Of a DNA stretch of 64,000 nucleotides, positions 17,425-27,130 are shown piece after piece. Within the stretch, counting starts at the first letter, position 1; the number at the start of each line of letters is the position of its first letter. Under the pieces are notes generated by a model that had not been told where the DNA came from, ran no database searches, and worked only from the letters and a program-made list of their open reading frames with translations. The stretch is from an uncultured Pseudomonadales bacterium (lineage in GTDB: Bacteria > Patescibacteriota > Microgenomatia > UBA1400 > PJMF01), in assembly GCA_964648715.1 (NCBI GenBank), contig CAZYNM010000007.1, forward strand, positions 1,436 to 65,435. Reading direction: 5' to 3'. Position numbers and translations under genes: made by a program.

Positions 17425-19689
17425 CTATTTTTCGAGTGTGAGTATGGTGTCTCTAAGGATAGCAGCGAGCTCATAATCCAGGTCTTTTGCTGCCTCATTC
17501 ATTTTGCGCTTCAACTTTTGTGCCATTCTTTTTTTATCACTAGGAGTCATATCCTCGGGGTTGAGTGTCGCAAGATCAATAGCTTCACCTTTACTGAGTT
17601 TAATTTCTGAACGCAGTGGCAGCTGTCCAATAGTGCCAGAAGTGTCATCTTCAGTTTCTTTAATCATGCGTTCGCGGATGGGTTTAGCAATACCTTGTGG
17701 CGTAATCCCATGCGTCTTGTTGTGAGCAAGTTGAATGGTTCTTCTACGCTGACTTTCAGTAATAGCAGCTTTCATTGAGCCTGTCAGTCTGTCCGCATAT
17801 AAAATAACTTGACCTGTCTCATGTCTAGCAGCTCTCCCCATTGTCTGAATCAGTGAAGTGCGTGAACGCAAAAATCCTTCTTTATCTGCATCAAGGATAG
17901 CGACCAGTGATACCTCTGGTAGATCTAGACCTTCTCGTAATAAGTTGATCCCAAATAGGACATCGTAGACTCCTTTACGAAGGTCTGTCAAAATATCTGA
18001 TCGTTCCAGTGTCTCTATGTCAGAATGCAAATATGCCACTTTGGGAAACTGAAGTGTTGCAACTGTAGGCAATGGAGTCATATGCTGTGATCCATGCATG
18101 AGGTGAGCTGGTATAGGGCCTATCTCCATGCTTTCAATAGGAAGTAAGCCATCAACTAAACGAATAGACTCACTGGTATCTTCTTTTTCAGCTTGCTGTA
18201 CTTTTTGTGTACGATTATGTAGTAAAGAGCGGACTTTATGCTCATCGTTGAGGTATTCAGTGAGTGCTTCTGCCATACGTTTGGTGAGAGTGGTCACCAG
18301 CGTTCGTTGCCCTATCTGTTTACGATTGAGAACCTCTATAACAAGGTCCTCAATCTGACCAGTAATGGGTCTAATCCAAATGGGTGGATCAACAAGTCCT
18401 GTTGGACGAATCAGTTGCTCGACTGCTTTACTACCACTTAATGATAACTCAAGCTCTTCGGGCGTCGCAGAAACGTGTACACATTGTGGCAATTTTCCCA
18501 AAAACTCGGTAAAACGAAGTGGCCTATTATCCAGCGCACTTGGTAAGCGAAAACCATATTCAATAAGTGTTTGTTTACGAGATTGATCACCATGGTACAT
18601 ACCTCTCACTTGAGGAAGCGTCATGTGGCTTTCATCAACAAAAGTAAGGAATTTTCCGTTCGTGAACTTGCGAGCACACGCAGAAAAGTAATCAATGAGT
18701 GTAAATGGTGGATCACCAGGCTTTCTCCCATCAAAATATCGTGAGTAGTTCTCTACTCCATTGACGTAACCCAGCTCTCTCAGCATATCTAGGTCATGAC
18801 TTACTTTTTGCTGGAGTCGATATGCTTCTATAACCTTGCCTTGAACTTTGAGTTCAGCAACACGCTGCTGCAAATCATGCTCAATATGCTGGAATGCGTC
18901 ATGCTGACTTTGTTGATTAAGTAGGTAGTGCTTGGCAGGATACAAAGTGATTTTCTTACTCTTCCCTTCTTGGGATGAGTGATCGGCAGTACGAATGAGA
19001 GAGCCCGTAACGCCATCAATAGTATGAATAGCAACAATATGGTCAGTAAGTGTCTCAACAGAAAGAGCAGTATCCAGGTATGCTGGCCATATTTGAATAG
19101 TGTCTCCTCGAAGCCGATAACTTCCTCGTTTTAGCTCTACATCTGATCGTTCATATTGCAAGTTAGCTAGTTGCAGTACTAACGTCTCGCGAGAGATAAC
19201 CTCACCCTCCATAAGCTCAAGGGTGTGCTCTCCATACTCAACAGGAGAACCAAGATTATAAATGCATGACACTGAGGCAATCACAATACTGTCTTTTCTT
19301 GTGAGCAAGTTGGTAGTAGCAGCGAGTCGCAATTTATCTATCTCATCATTGATAGTCGCTTCTTTTTCAATATATGTATCCGATGCAGGAATATAAGCTT
19401 CTGGTTGGTAGTAATCGTAGTACGACACGAAATAACTTACTGCGTTTTCTGGAAAGAAGTCGCGAAATTCCTGGTACAGTTGAGCTGCTAGGGTTTTATT
19501 ATGAGCAATAATGAGTGTAGGTAGTTGCGTGTTTTGAATGACATTGGCCATAGTGAAGGTTTTGCCCGATCCAGTGACACCAAGGAGCACTTGATGCGCG
19601 TCACCACGCAACACACCTTGACTCAGCGTGGCGATGGCTTGGGGCTGGTCTCCAGTAGGGCTAAAGGGTTGTGAGAGTTTAAACTGCAT
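17425..19689 (-). CDS. uvrB: Excinuclease ABC subunit B
   Basis: PTGDQP, LGVTGSGKTFT, YYDYYQPEAY, DESH, GINLLREGLDLPEV, C-terminal UVR. Confidence 0.98.
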   Translation of the reverse strand: MQFKLSQPFSPTGDQPQAIATLSQGVLRGDAHQVLLGVTGSGKTFTMANVIQNTQLPTLIIAHNKTLAAQLYQEFRDFFPENAVSYFVSYYDYYQPEAYIPASDTYIEKEATINDEIDKLRLAATTNLLTRKDSIVIASVSCIYNLGSPVEYGEHTLELMEGEVISRETLVLQLANLQYERSDVELKRGSYRLRGDTIQIWPAYLDTALSVETLTDHIVAIHTIDGVTGSLIRTADHSSQEGKSKKITLYPAKHYLLNQQSQHDAFQHIEHDLQQRVAELKVQGKVIEAYRLQQKVSHDLDMLRELGYVNGVENYSRYFDGRKPGDPPFTLIDYFSACARKFTNGKFLTFVDESHMTLPQVRGMYHGDQSRKQTLIEYGFRLPSALDNRPLRFTEFLGKLPQCVHVSATPEELELSLSGSKAVEQLIRPTGLVDPPIWIRPITGQIEDLVIEVLNRKQIGQRTLVTTLTKRMAEALTEYLNDEHKVRSLLHNRTQKVQQAEKEDTSESIRLVDGLLPIESMEIGPIPAHLMHGSQHMTPLPTVATLQFPKVAYLHSDIETLERSDILTDLRKGVYDVLFGINLLREGLDLPEVSLVAILDADKEGFLRSRTSLIQTMGRAARHETGQVILYADRLTGSMKAAITESQRRRTIQLAHNKTHGITPQGIAKPIRERMIKETEDDTSGTIGQLPLRSEIKLSKGEAIDLATLNPEDMTPSDKKRMAQKLKRKMNEAAKDLDYELAAILRDTILTLEK

Positions 19690-19723
19690 TGAGTCAACCA
19701 TTATACTGTATACTACCTGTACA

Positions 19724-20473
19724 ATGAAAGTCACACCAATCAAAACACCTATCGTTCATGCTCATGATTCACTCATTGCGCTCCTCGCAGACGCACTGCC
19801 TGACTCTCTGCCAGAGAGGTGCATTCTTGCAGTAACTTCAAAAATTATTGCACTGTGTGAAGGTTCAGTTGTTCCCAAAGAAGCAAACACAAAAGATGAA
19901 AAGTATGCTCTTGTTATGCGAGAAGCAGAAAGATACGTCCCTCCCAGCAATTCAAAATATGGTGTACTGCTTACCATCAAAGATCAAGTGCTTGCCGTCA
20001 ACGCTGGCATAGATGAATCAAACGGTGATGGTATGTATGTGCTGTGGCCTCATGACTCGTATGGAGCCGCGCAAGCAGTGTGGGAGTGGTTGCGTGAGAC
20101 TTACTCACTCAAGCAGTGTGGCGTTATCGTAACGGACAGTCGTACCATTCCACTCAAGTGGGGTACTATTGGGACTTGTCTTGCCCACTGTGGGTTTAAG
20201 GCGCTTAATAATAAAATTGGCGAAAAAGATTTGTTTGGCCATGAGATGCAAATGACTCAAGTTAACGTAGCAGAAGCCCTTGCTATTAGTGCAGTTTTTG
20301 AGATGGGTGAGGTGGCAGAAGCTACTCCATTAGCTGTGATAGAGGATGCATCAACAGTGGTATTCACCACAACACCACCTACCGAGGAAGAAAAACGGAG
20401 TCTAGTCATTGCGCCTGAAGATGATGTATATGCACCAGTGCTCATGTCTGCACCTTGGACTACGCAAAAATAG
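19724..20473 (+). CDS. CofE-like F420-0:gamma-glutamyl ligase family protein
   Basis: VTSKIIALCEG, NAGIDESN, GVIVTDS, DLFG, MGE..E.TP. Confidence 0.85.
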   Translation: MKVTPIKTPIVHAHDSLIALLADALPDSLPERCILAVTSKIIALCEGSVVPKEANTKDEKYALVMREAERYVPPSNSKYGVLLTIKDQVLAVNAGIDESNGDGMYVLWPHDSYGAAQAVWEWLRETYSLKQCGVIVTDSRTIPLKWGTIGTCLAHCGFKALNNKIGEKDLFGHEMQMTQVNVAEALAISAVFEMGEVAEATPLAVIEDASTVVFTTTPPTEEEKRSLVIAPEDDVYAPVLMSAPWTTQK

Positions 20474-20492
20474 CGGTATACTAGCACCATCC

Positions 20493-20954
20493 ATGTTTGA
20501 ACCATCACCAGAAAAAAGAACTGTACTTCGAGAGGTGCGGTATATTTTGCAGCATCGTACTACTGAACTAGAAGATGCAGTCCCCGAAGATATTATAGAG
20601 TTTACGCCAGAGGGAACTACCCCAGTACAACAAGAGACCAAGCTGTTTATGGATGATGCGCGCATGGATGAGCGTGCACTGACTGAAAAACAGATCACTC
20701 AGGAGCCATATATCATCCAGGCAGTACTGGAACTTACCAACGGGTTTGTTGATGAGCAGCTGGCACGATATAAGCGAATACTGGTGGGGTATAAAAAACG
20801 AGCGGAGTCATGTGGTTGTCGCAAATGCTGGGCCGATTACGAGCATCTACGTGACGAATATGTTACACACTTTGGTGTCCCGGATGCAGAGCAAGATGTA
20901 GCTCCTAGAGAAGTAGCGCAGTTTATTGAAAAATATGTCCCAAAGCTTGATTAG
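20493..20954 (+). CDS. Hypothetical acidic protein with CGCRKC motif
   Basis: ORF fills the gap between the cofE-like gene and the convergent GNAT gene; no family recognised. Confidence 0.6.
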   Translation: MFEPSPEKRTVLREVRYILQHRTTELEDAVPEDIIEFTPEGTTPVQQETKLFMDDARMDERALTEKQITQEPYIIQAVLELTNGFVDEQLARYKRILVGYKKRAESCGCRKCWADYEHLRDEYVTHFGVPDAEQDVAPREVAQFIEKYVPKLD

Positions 20955-21937
20955 GTGCGAATAATGTCGTAATCGTATACAGGTTGTGCCACAGCTCCAA
21001 AACGGAACTTGTACTCTTCACTCCCTCGCAAGAAGTCATATACCTTTTTACCCTGAAGTAGTGCGTCTTTGATGGTGTATGCAGTGAGAACTGTTCCCAC
21101 ACTCAGTTGACGATACTCGGGGTCAAACCCTGAATTGTACAAGTAGTAGCCCATATCATCGGTAAAAACTAACATGGTAGCCACTGCTTTTTTTTCAACA
21201 TGCATAAAAAACAAGCGTACTCTTCCATCTCGAGCTAGTGCGGGAAGCGCTGTGTCAAAGAATGCTCTATGTTCATCGGTCCAAAATGACTGTTTCTCTT
21301 TTGATGATAGTTCGTGCAGTTTCACAAACATAGGTAACGCGCGCTTCACATCTACTTCGCTTGTATAGACGGTGTATTCAATACCATGCTGCTCACTGTT
21401 TCGTACTTTGCGTCGTAGCTCATGACGTTCTTTGCGTCCTAAACTGGCTAAGTATGATTCCCAATCTTGTGGCAGCTTAATTAGGGGACAAACATCTTGT
21501 TGGGTTTGTAATGCATGCGGATACTGTTTCATAAGCCAAGTGCGAGTGGATGAGGTTTCTGGCAAACTGCATAGATATAGTCGATTCCACTGTATATCTC
21601 CTTGGAGCCTAGTGGCAAATTCTTGGTAGACCTCTGTTTCGTAGCTGGGATCTACTAGCACATCAAGGTAGTCTGATACAGCGACACAGCCAATAAAGCT
21701 AATGACAGTGTCTCCATTTTCTGTTGTTGTCTTCATGCAGGGTGCCAAGCCACGCAGCACGCCATCTTCAGAGCGTACAGTGATACACCACAATTCTCCA
21801 GAACCCAGTGTGTCCCACCAGGACAGGAGGAATGCTGGTCGCTGGAAGATATGGGTGCCAGTTCGTTCTTGCAGACTATTCCACTCCGCGATAAGTGAAG
21901 TAAGCTCAGAGACGTTAGTGAGAACTGCTGTGTTCAT
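20951..21937 (-). CDS. GNAT acetyltransferase, CelD/BcsL (Acetyltransf_6) type
   Basis: IFQRPAFLLSWW, SDYLDVL, WESYLASLGRKERHELRRK, YNSGFDP, YDFLRGSEEYKFRFG. Confidence 0.88.
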   Translation of the reverse strand: MNTAVLTNVSELTSLIAEWNSLQERTGTHIFQRPAFLLSWWDTLGSGELWCITVRSEDGVLRGLAPCMKTTTENGDTVISFIGCVAVSDYLDVLVDPSYETEVYQEFATRLQGDIQWNRLYLCSLPETSSTRTWLMKQYPHALQTQQDVCPLIKLPQDWESYLASLGRKERHELRRKVRNSEQHGIEYTVYTSEVDVKRALPMFVKLHELSSKEKQSFWTDEHRAFFDTALPALARDGRVRLFFMHVEKKAVATMLVFTDDMGYYLYNSGFDPEYRQLSVGTVLTAYTIKDALLQGKKVYDFLRGSEEYKFRFGAVAQPVYDYDIIRT

Positions 21938-21980
21938 ACTGCTGGTGTAGTATACTCTGCCTACTGGAGGACACGCTAGT

Positions 21981-22553
21981 ATGCCAAAATCTACTGGGCG
22001 CACAAAAAAACTACTGCTTATTTCTACCAAAACCGGTGATGCCGGTGAAACTGGCTTGGCCAACGGTGAGCGCCTCAGTAAAGCTTCTCCTTTATTTGAA
22101 ATTATTGGCACTCTTGATGAACTTAACTCTTGGTTAGGGCTTGTAGCGGTGGATATTCATGAGAAAAACCCACAGCGTGCAGTGGTGTATGCCATTCAAA
22201 ATACTCTTTTTGTGGTAGGTGCAGAGCTTGCTAAGTCGCCAAAGGCGCAACTCAAACAGGCTGAGTTGGACCGGATAGAACAACAGGCAGAAGAGCTGCA
22301 GCGTGCTATGGCAGACAACTGGCATACGAAGTTTTTGTTACCAGGCGGGACCAAGAATGGTGCTCACTGCGATATTGCGCGTACTGTCAGCAGAAGACTT
22401 GAACGTGTGTTGGTCTCGTTCCACCACATATATCCGGTACGGTCCCTGATCTTGCAGTACATTAATCGACTCTCCGACTACCTCTACGTGTTACGCTGCT
22501 ATCTCAATGAGCAAGAGGGGTACCAGGAACAAGAGTTCAAGGTGCACAAATGA
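21981..22553 (+). CDS. PduO-type ATP:cob(I)alamin adenosyltransferase
   Basis: TKTGDAGETGL, GTLDELNS, FLLPGG, RTVSRRLER, YINRLSDYLY. Confidence 0.92.
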   Translation: MPKSTGRTKKLLLISTKTGDAGETGLANGERLSKASPLFEIIGTLDELNSWLGLVAVDIHEKNPQRAVVYAIQNTLFVVGAELAKSPKAQLKQAELDRIEQQAEELQRAMADNWHTKFLLPGGTKNGAHCDIARTVSRRLERVLVSFHHIYPVRSLILQYINRLSDYLYVLRCYLNEQEGYQEQEFKVHK

Positions 22554-23164
22554 CACAAATATATGTGGTACGCCATGCTGAGAGTGAAGGAAATGTGCAC
22601 CATATTCTCCAAGGGCAAGCAGATTATCCTCTCAGTGAAACGGGGAAGCAGCAAGCACGCTTACGGGCGCGTGAATTGGCCACTATTCCTTTCGCGGCAG
22701 TTTTCTCTTCAGATTTGCTGCGTGCCCACCACACTGCTGAAATTCTAGCTACCGAACACGTGTTGATTACTATCACAAAGAAAGCTTTACGTGAACGGAA
22801 CTTTGGTGCCTTCAATGGTTCGGCTACAGGCCAATTCAATGCTGCTCTTAAAGACCTTTTGGCTTACCGAGAAACACTCTCAGATCAAGAGCGCTTTTCC
22901 CACAAATTAGCACCAGATATAGAAAGTGATGAAGAGCTCATGCTTCGTTGTACTACATTTTTGAGAGAAGTTGCACTGGCGTATCCCAGTCAACCAGTCC
23001 TTGTGGTGACGCACAGCACGGTTATTAAAACGCTGCTTATTCATCTTGGTCGTTTCACCTATGCGCAATCACCACAAGTATATATTCGCAATACTGGGTA
23101 TTGTATTGTTGAGTGTGATGGTGTGGAGCTGAACGTGACCGAGCTGCATGATATTAGTATTTAA
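22550..23164 (+). CDS. Histidine phosphatase family protein
   Basis: VRHAESEGN, SSDLLRA, LRERNFG, VTHS. Confidence 0.9.
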   Translation: MTQIYVVRHAESEGNVHHILQGQADYPLSETGKQQARLRARELATIPFAAVFSSDLLRAHHTAEILATEHVLITITKKALRERNFGAFNGSATGQFNAALKDLLAYRETLSDQERFSHKLAPDIESDEELMLRCTTFLREVALAYPSQPVLVVTHSTVIKTLLIHLGRFTYAQSPQVYIRNTGYCIVECDGVELNVTELHDISI

Positions 23165-23781
23165 AATTGGTATTTACGAATCAAGCCACATACTCTTCCT
23201 TGGATCTGCACGTGTGTTGCATAAATGGGACTCATGCTTGAGTTAGCAGGCTCTAAGCGAACACGGGTGAGTTCACGATAAAAACGCTTAAGCGTGGCAA
23301 GTCCGTTATCAAGCAACGCAACCACGATATCTCCATCACTCACATCCTGCGTTTCTTCAATGACCACATAATCTCCATCCTGAATATGGTCTTCGATCAT
23401 TGACTCACCTTTAACTTGGAGAACGTATGAACGTCGCTTACCACTGATCATTTCTGGAGATACTTTGAAGGTAGCATTGGGGTCATGATGAGGTTCGATT
23501 GGCGAACCGGCGGCAATAAAACCAAGCAGTGGCAAGTCAATTGAATCAGAAACCTTGAGAAAGGTACGATCAATGAGCTCAATACCTCTCACCGATCCCT
23601 CATGTTTACGGATCACCTTTTTGCGCTGGAGGGCTTGTAAGTGTTCATGGACAGTGGCTAAGGAAGAAACGCCAATAGAATCCCCTATTTCCCGCAGGGT
23701 CGGAGAATACCCATTTCTTTGTAAGTACTGTGCTACAAAATCGACGATTTGACGCTGGCGTTTGTACAGTGTAACTGGCAT
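23161..23781 (-). CDS. lexA: SOS repressor LexA
   Basis: PTLREIG winged HTH, AAG cleavage site, GESM (Ser), ATLKR (Lys). Confidence 0.96.
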   Translation of the reverse strand: MPVTLYKRQRQIVDFVAQYLQRNGYSPTLREIGDSIGVSSLATVHEHLQALQRKKVIRKHEGSVRGIELIDRTFLKVSDSIDLPLLGFIAAGSPIEPHHDPNATFKVSPEMISGKRRSYVLQVKGESMIEDHIQDGDYVVIEETQDVSDGDIVVALLDNGLATLKRFYRELTRVRLEPANSSMSPIYATHVQIQGRVCGLIRKYQF

Positions 23782-23955
23782 ATGAGCTATTCCCCTTAAG
23801 TTATTGTTTCGGGCGTATGATTACCGAAGTACACACAGAATAACCAAAAAGACCACGAACATACAATAACATCTTTGTTGATCAAACTATATCAATTTAA
23901 TCTTAACTCGAGAGGAACGCATGGGACTCATGTTTTCGGATCAAAAAAAATCATA

Positions 23956-25812
23956 CTACACAAGTGCTCGACCTGTCATTGAGCTTGGCTTTTCTATACC
24001 CATAACTTTCAGTATGGTCGGCGCAACGTCTGCAAGGATGCCAGAGGGCAGCATGCGTGGCTGATTGAATTCTTTACCAATAATAAAAAGTGGGACGGGA
24101 TAAATAGAGTGCTCAGTATCCTTGGCGCCAGTTTGATTATTGATCATCTCTTCTACATTCCCGTGGTCAGCAGTGATAAACACTACTCCATTCATAAGTA
24201 GCACCGTGCTTACTATTTTTCCCACGACATCGTCAACGACCTCACATGCTTGCACAGCAGCATCTAAATTACCTGTGTGTCCTACCATATCTCCATTGCA
24301 AATATTAGCAATGACGACGTCAATGGTATTGGTCCGTAGGCGTTTTATCATTTCATCACAAATTTCATACGCACTCATTGCAGGTGCTTGATCGTAAGAC
24401 TTGACACCTTTGGAGGGAATAATGACCCGAAGTTCACCAGGGAAAACATCCTCACGTTGTCCATTCATATAGTACGTAACAAACCGCTCTTTTTCTGTTT
24501 CGGTAATTCTTAGCTGCCTCAAGCCCATGTCTGCAAAAACTTTCCCGATGGGGTTTTTAATATTCTGCGGAGGAAATGCAATGTCTACTGGCAATCCATC
24601 TTCGTAGTTTGTCATGGTAACAAAGTACAAGTTAGTGATAATTTTTTGACGTTGGAAGGTCAGGATGTGTTTCTGCTCCTGAATATTTGTGTTTTCATAC
24701 TTCTCCGTGTAAGGGTCAAAAGCCATGTGGTGAATGCCTCCTTCAAAGTTGGGCATTACAAACGCTCGGGTTAACTCACGAGGGCGGTCTATGCGGTAGT
24801 TAAAAAAGATGGCAGCATCGTTGTCATTAATAACACGGTGGCTACCATCTTCATTGCATACACAGATAGGTTCGATAAACTCGTCTGTGGTTCCTGCATC
24901 ATATTGTTGTTGCACCGCTGCAATAAGATCGGTGGTACAGGCACCCACAGCTAAAGTCATTGCATTATAGGCTTTTTCAATTCTGTCCCACTTGGTGTCA
25001 CGATCCATTGCGTAGTAGCGGCCCATGATGGTAGCTATTTTGCCTACCCCTACTCGCTGACAGTGATCTTGTAGTTGCTGCAGATATGTAATCCCAGAAG
25101 TAGGTGGTGAGTCTCTGCCGTCAGTGAAGGCGTGGATATACACATTGGTGAAGTTTTGCTGCTGGCATAAGTTGAGCAGTGCATACAAGTGTTCAATATT
25201 GGAGTGGACCCCACCGGCTCCCACAAGCCCCATTATATGGAGTGCAGAATTCTGGTTGCGAGCATGTGTAATAGCATTGAGAAATGCAGATGTGGTGGCA
25301 AAACTACCATCGGCAATAGCCATGTTAATACGTGGAAGGTCCTGGTACACAATATGTCCCGCTCCTATATTAAGGTGTCCAGTTTCAGTGTTACCATCTT
25401 CGCCTTGTGGCAAGCCCACTGCCTGTCCGGATGCCTCCAACTGGGTATGTAGATAGGAGAGCCAGTACTTATCAATATTGGGTGTTTTGGCACGCTTAAT
25501 GGCGTTGCCTGGGTTGTCAGGACCTATCCCCCAGCCATCAAGGACAAGCAGCACGACTGGACGCACGCCCTTATACCTGTTCTGAGGTACCATCTTGTCA
25601 AATGGTTTATCGGTGATGAGATAAGTAGGATTCACAGCTCCATCACTTTGAGCTGTTTCAGTCGGCGCTGGTTGTGCAGTATCTTGTGTATTTGCCTCGA
25701 GCGGCGGAGTGGTTTGGGGTACAACGACTGTTGACCTCATAAATGACGGCAAAAAATCAGGCTGAGCAGCAGGTTGAGCCGGCTTCTCTTGAGGTTTTTG
25801 TACGTTGATCAT
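23956..25812 (-). CDS. gpmI: 2,3-BPG-independent phosphoglycerate mutase with N-terminal extension
   Basis: LDGWG, GNTETGHLNIGAG, DGRD, GRYYAMDRD, DMVGHTG, TADHGN. Confidence 0.93.
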   Translation of the reverse strand: MINVQKPQEKPAQPAAQPDFLPSFMRSTVVVPQTTPPLEANTQDTAQPAPTETAQSDGAVNPTYLITDKPFDKMVPQNRYKGVRPVVLLVLDGWGIGPDNPGNAIKRAKTPNIDKYWLSYLHTQLEASGQAVGLPQGEDGNTETGHLNIGAGHIVYQDLPRINMAIADGSFATTSAFLNAITHARNQNSALHIMGLVGAGGVHSNIEHLYALLNLCQQQNFTNVYIHAFTDGRDSPPTSGITYLQQLQDHCQRVGVGKIATIMGRYYAMDRDTKWDRIEKAYNAMTLAVGACTTDLIAAVQQQYDAGTTDEFIEPICVCNEDGSHRVINDNDAAIFFNYRIDRPRELTRAFVMPNFEGGIHHMAFDPYTEKYENTNIQEQKHILTFQRQKIITNLYFVTMTNYEDGLPVDIAFPPQNIKNPIGKVFADMGLRQLRITETEKERFVTYYMNGQREDVFPGELRVIIPSKGVKSYDQAPAMSAYEICDEMIKRLRTNTIDVVIANICNGDMVGHTGNLDAAVQACEVVDDVVGKIVSTVLLMNGVVFITADHGNVEEMINNQTGAKDTEHSIYPVPLFIIGKEFNQPRMLPSGILADVAPTILKVMGIEKPSSMTGRALV

Positions 25813-25819
25813 TGCTTTA

Positions 25820-27127
25820 CTATACTGCTTCTTTTGGCGATTGGGCAGTGGAAGATGAGGTGTCTGCCAGATTACGCTGGAGCATCTCAAAATTAATTTG
25901 AAGCAGTCGATTATATTTTGCTGTTCGTTCACCACGGTTGGGTGGTCCAAACTTGGCATATTCGGCGCCCGTGCCTACGGCAAAATCAGCAATGAAATCA
26001 TCATTGGTTTCCCCACTGCGGTGAGACATTACACAGGTCCAGCCTGCTTTTCGAGCAATTTGCATCACTTCAATAGACTCACTGAGCGTGCCAATCTGGT
26101 TGGGTTTGACCAGCAAGGTATTGCATGATTTCTGGGCAATAGCGGTTTCGATTTTTGCTTTGTTGGTAGCCAGGAAGCTGTCACCCACAATTTTGGTAGT
26201 TTCACCAATCTCTGTGGTCACTCCTTGCCAGGAGGAGAGATCATCTTCTTGGAAAGGATCTTCCAGGTAAAACACGTTGTACATATCGCGGATCTTTTTG
26301 TAGTACTCCAAGAGTTCGGGACCAGTGTAGGGCTGTGCTCTATCTTTAAGTGAATAGCGTCCATTGCTAAAGAGTTGTTCTGCCGCTACGTCTACACCAA
26401 AGAAGAGGTCTTGGGTAAAGGTATACGGCGTTGCTTTGATTGTTTCCACCAAGATCTCAAATACGTCACTATTGCTGTATAAATTGGGGGTAAATCCGCC
26501 AACTAAGCCGACCGAGTGGATTGCTCCTTTAATAACCAATACTTCTTCAAGTTTTTGAAAAATGGTAACACCCATATCAAGCGATTCCTCAAAGGTGAGA
26601 TGACTGGCAGGGATGACTTGAAACTCTTGGATATCAAGGTTGTTGGCGCCGTGCTCTCCGCCATTGATGACAGAGTAAATGCAGGTAGGTATCGCCATTT
26701 GGGGTGATAGCTTGTATTTTTCATGCATATAATAATACAAAGGCAAATTTTCAGAAAGAGCGCCAGCTTTCATAACTGCTTGAGAAACTGCCAGCACAGA
26801 ATTGGCCCCAAGTTTGCTCTTATTGGGAGTCCCGTCCAGGTTTATAAGTAATTGATCAATCTCAGTTTGGGCGGTAGGATCTTTACCTACTATTTGTGGA
26901 GCTATAACTGTGTTGACAATATTAACTGCTTTGAGCACACCTTTACCCAGCATTCTACTGGGATCTTTGTCTCTTAACTCAAGCGCTTCGTACTTCCCTA
27001 TAGATGTGCCACTGGGAACGCTGGTTGCCACAATTCCGCCAGTATCCAACCACAATGTACATTCGATGGTGGGAATACCACGCGAATCAAGGATCTCTCG
27101 AGCGTAAATGCCTTGTATGACCGCCAT
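25820..27127 (-). CDS. eno: Enolase homolog (GDEGG motif altered to GLVGG)
   Basis: REILDSRG, EALELRD, KSKLGAN, DIQEF, KPNQIG, SHRSGET, AKYNRL. Confidence 0.9.
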   Translation of the reverse strand: MAVIQGIYAREILDSRGIPTIECTLWLDTGGIVATSVPSGTSIGKYEALELRDKDPSRMLGKGVLKAVNIVNTVIAPQIVGKDPTAQTEIDQLLINLDGTPNKSKLGANSVLAVSQAVMKAGALSENLPLYYYMHEKYKLSPQMAIPTCIYSVINGGEHGANNLDIQEFQVIPASHLTFEESLDMGVTIFQKLEEVLVIKGAIHSVGLVGGFTPNLYSNSDVFEILVETIKATPYTFTQDLFFGVDVAAEQLFSNGRYSLKDRAQPYTGPELLEYYKKIRDMYNVFYLEDPFQEDDLSSWQGVTTEIGETTKIVGDSFLATNKAKIETAIAQKSCNTLLVKPNQIGTLSESIEVMQIARKAGWTCVMSHRSGETNDDFIADFAVGTGAEYAKFGPPNRGERTAKYNRLLQINFEMLQRNLADTSSSTAQSPKEAV

Positions 27128-27130
27128 AGA

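Noticed and set aside
18043-18249. Intein in UvrB
   Set aside because: It lacks a C/S start and an HN-C/S/T end and is too short.
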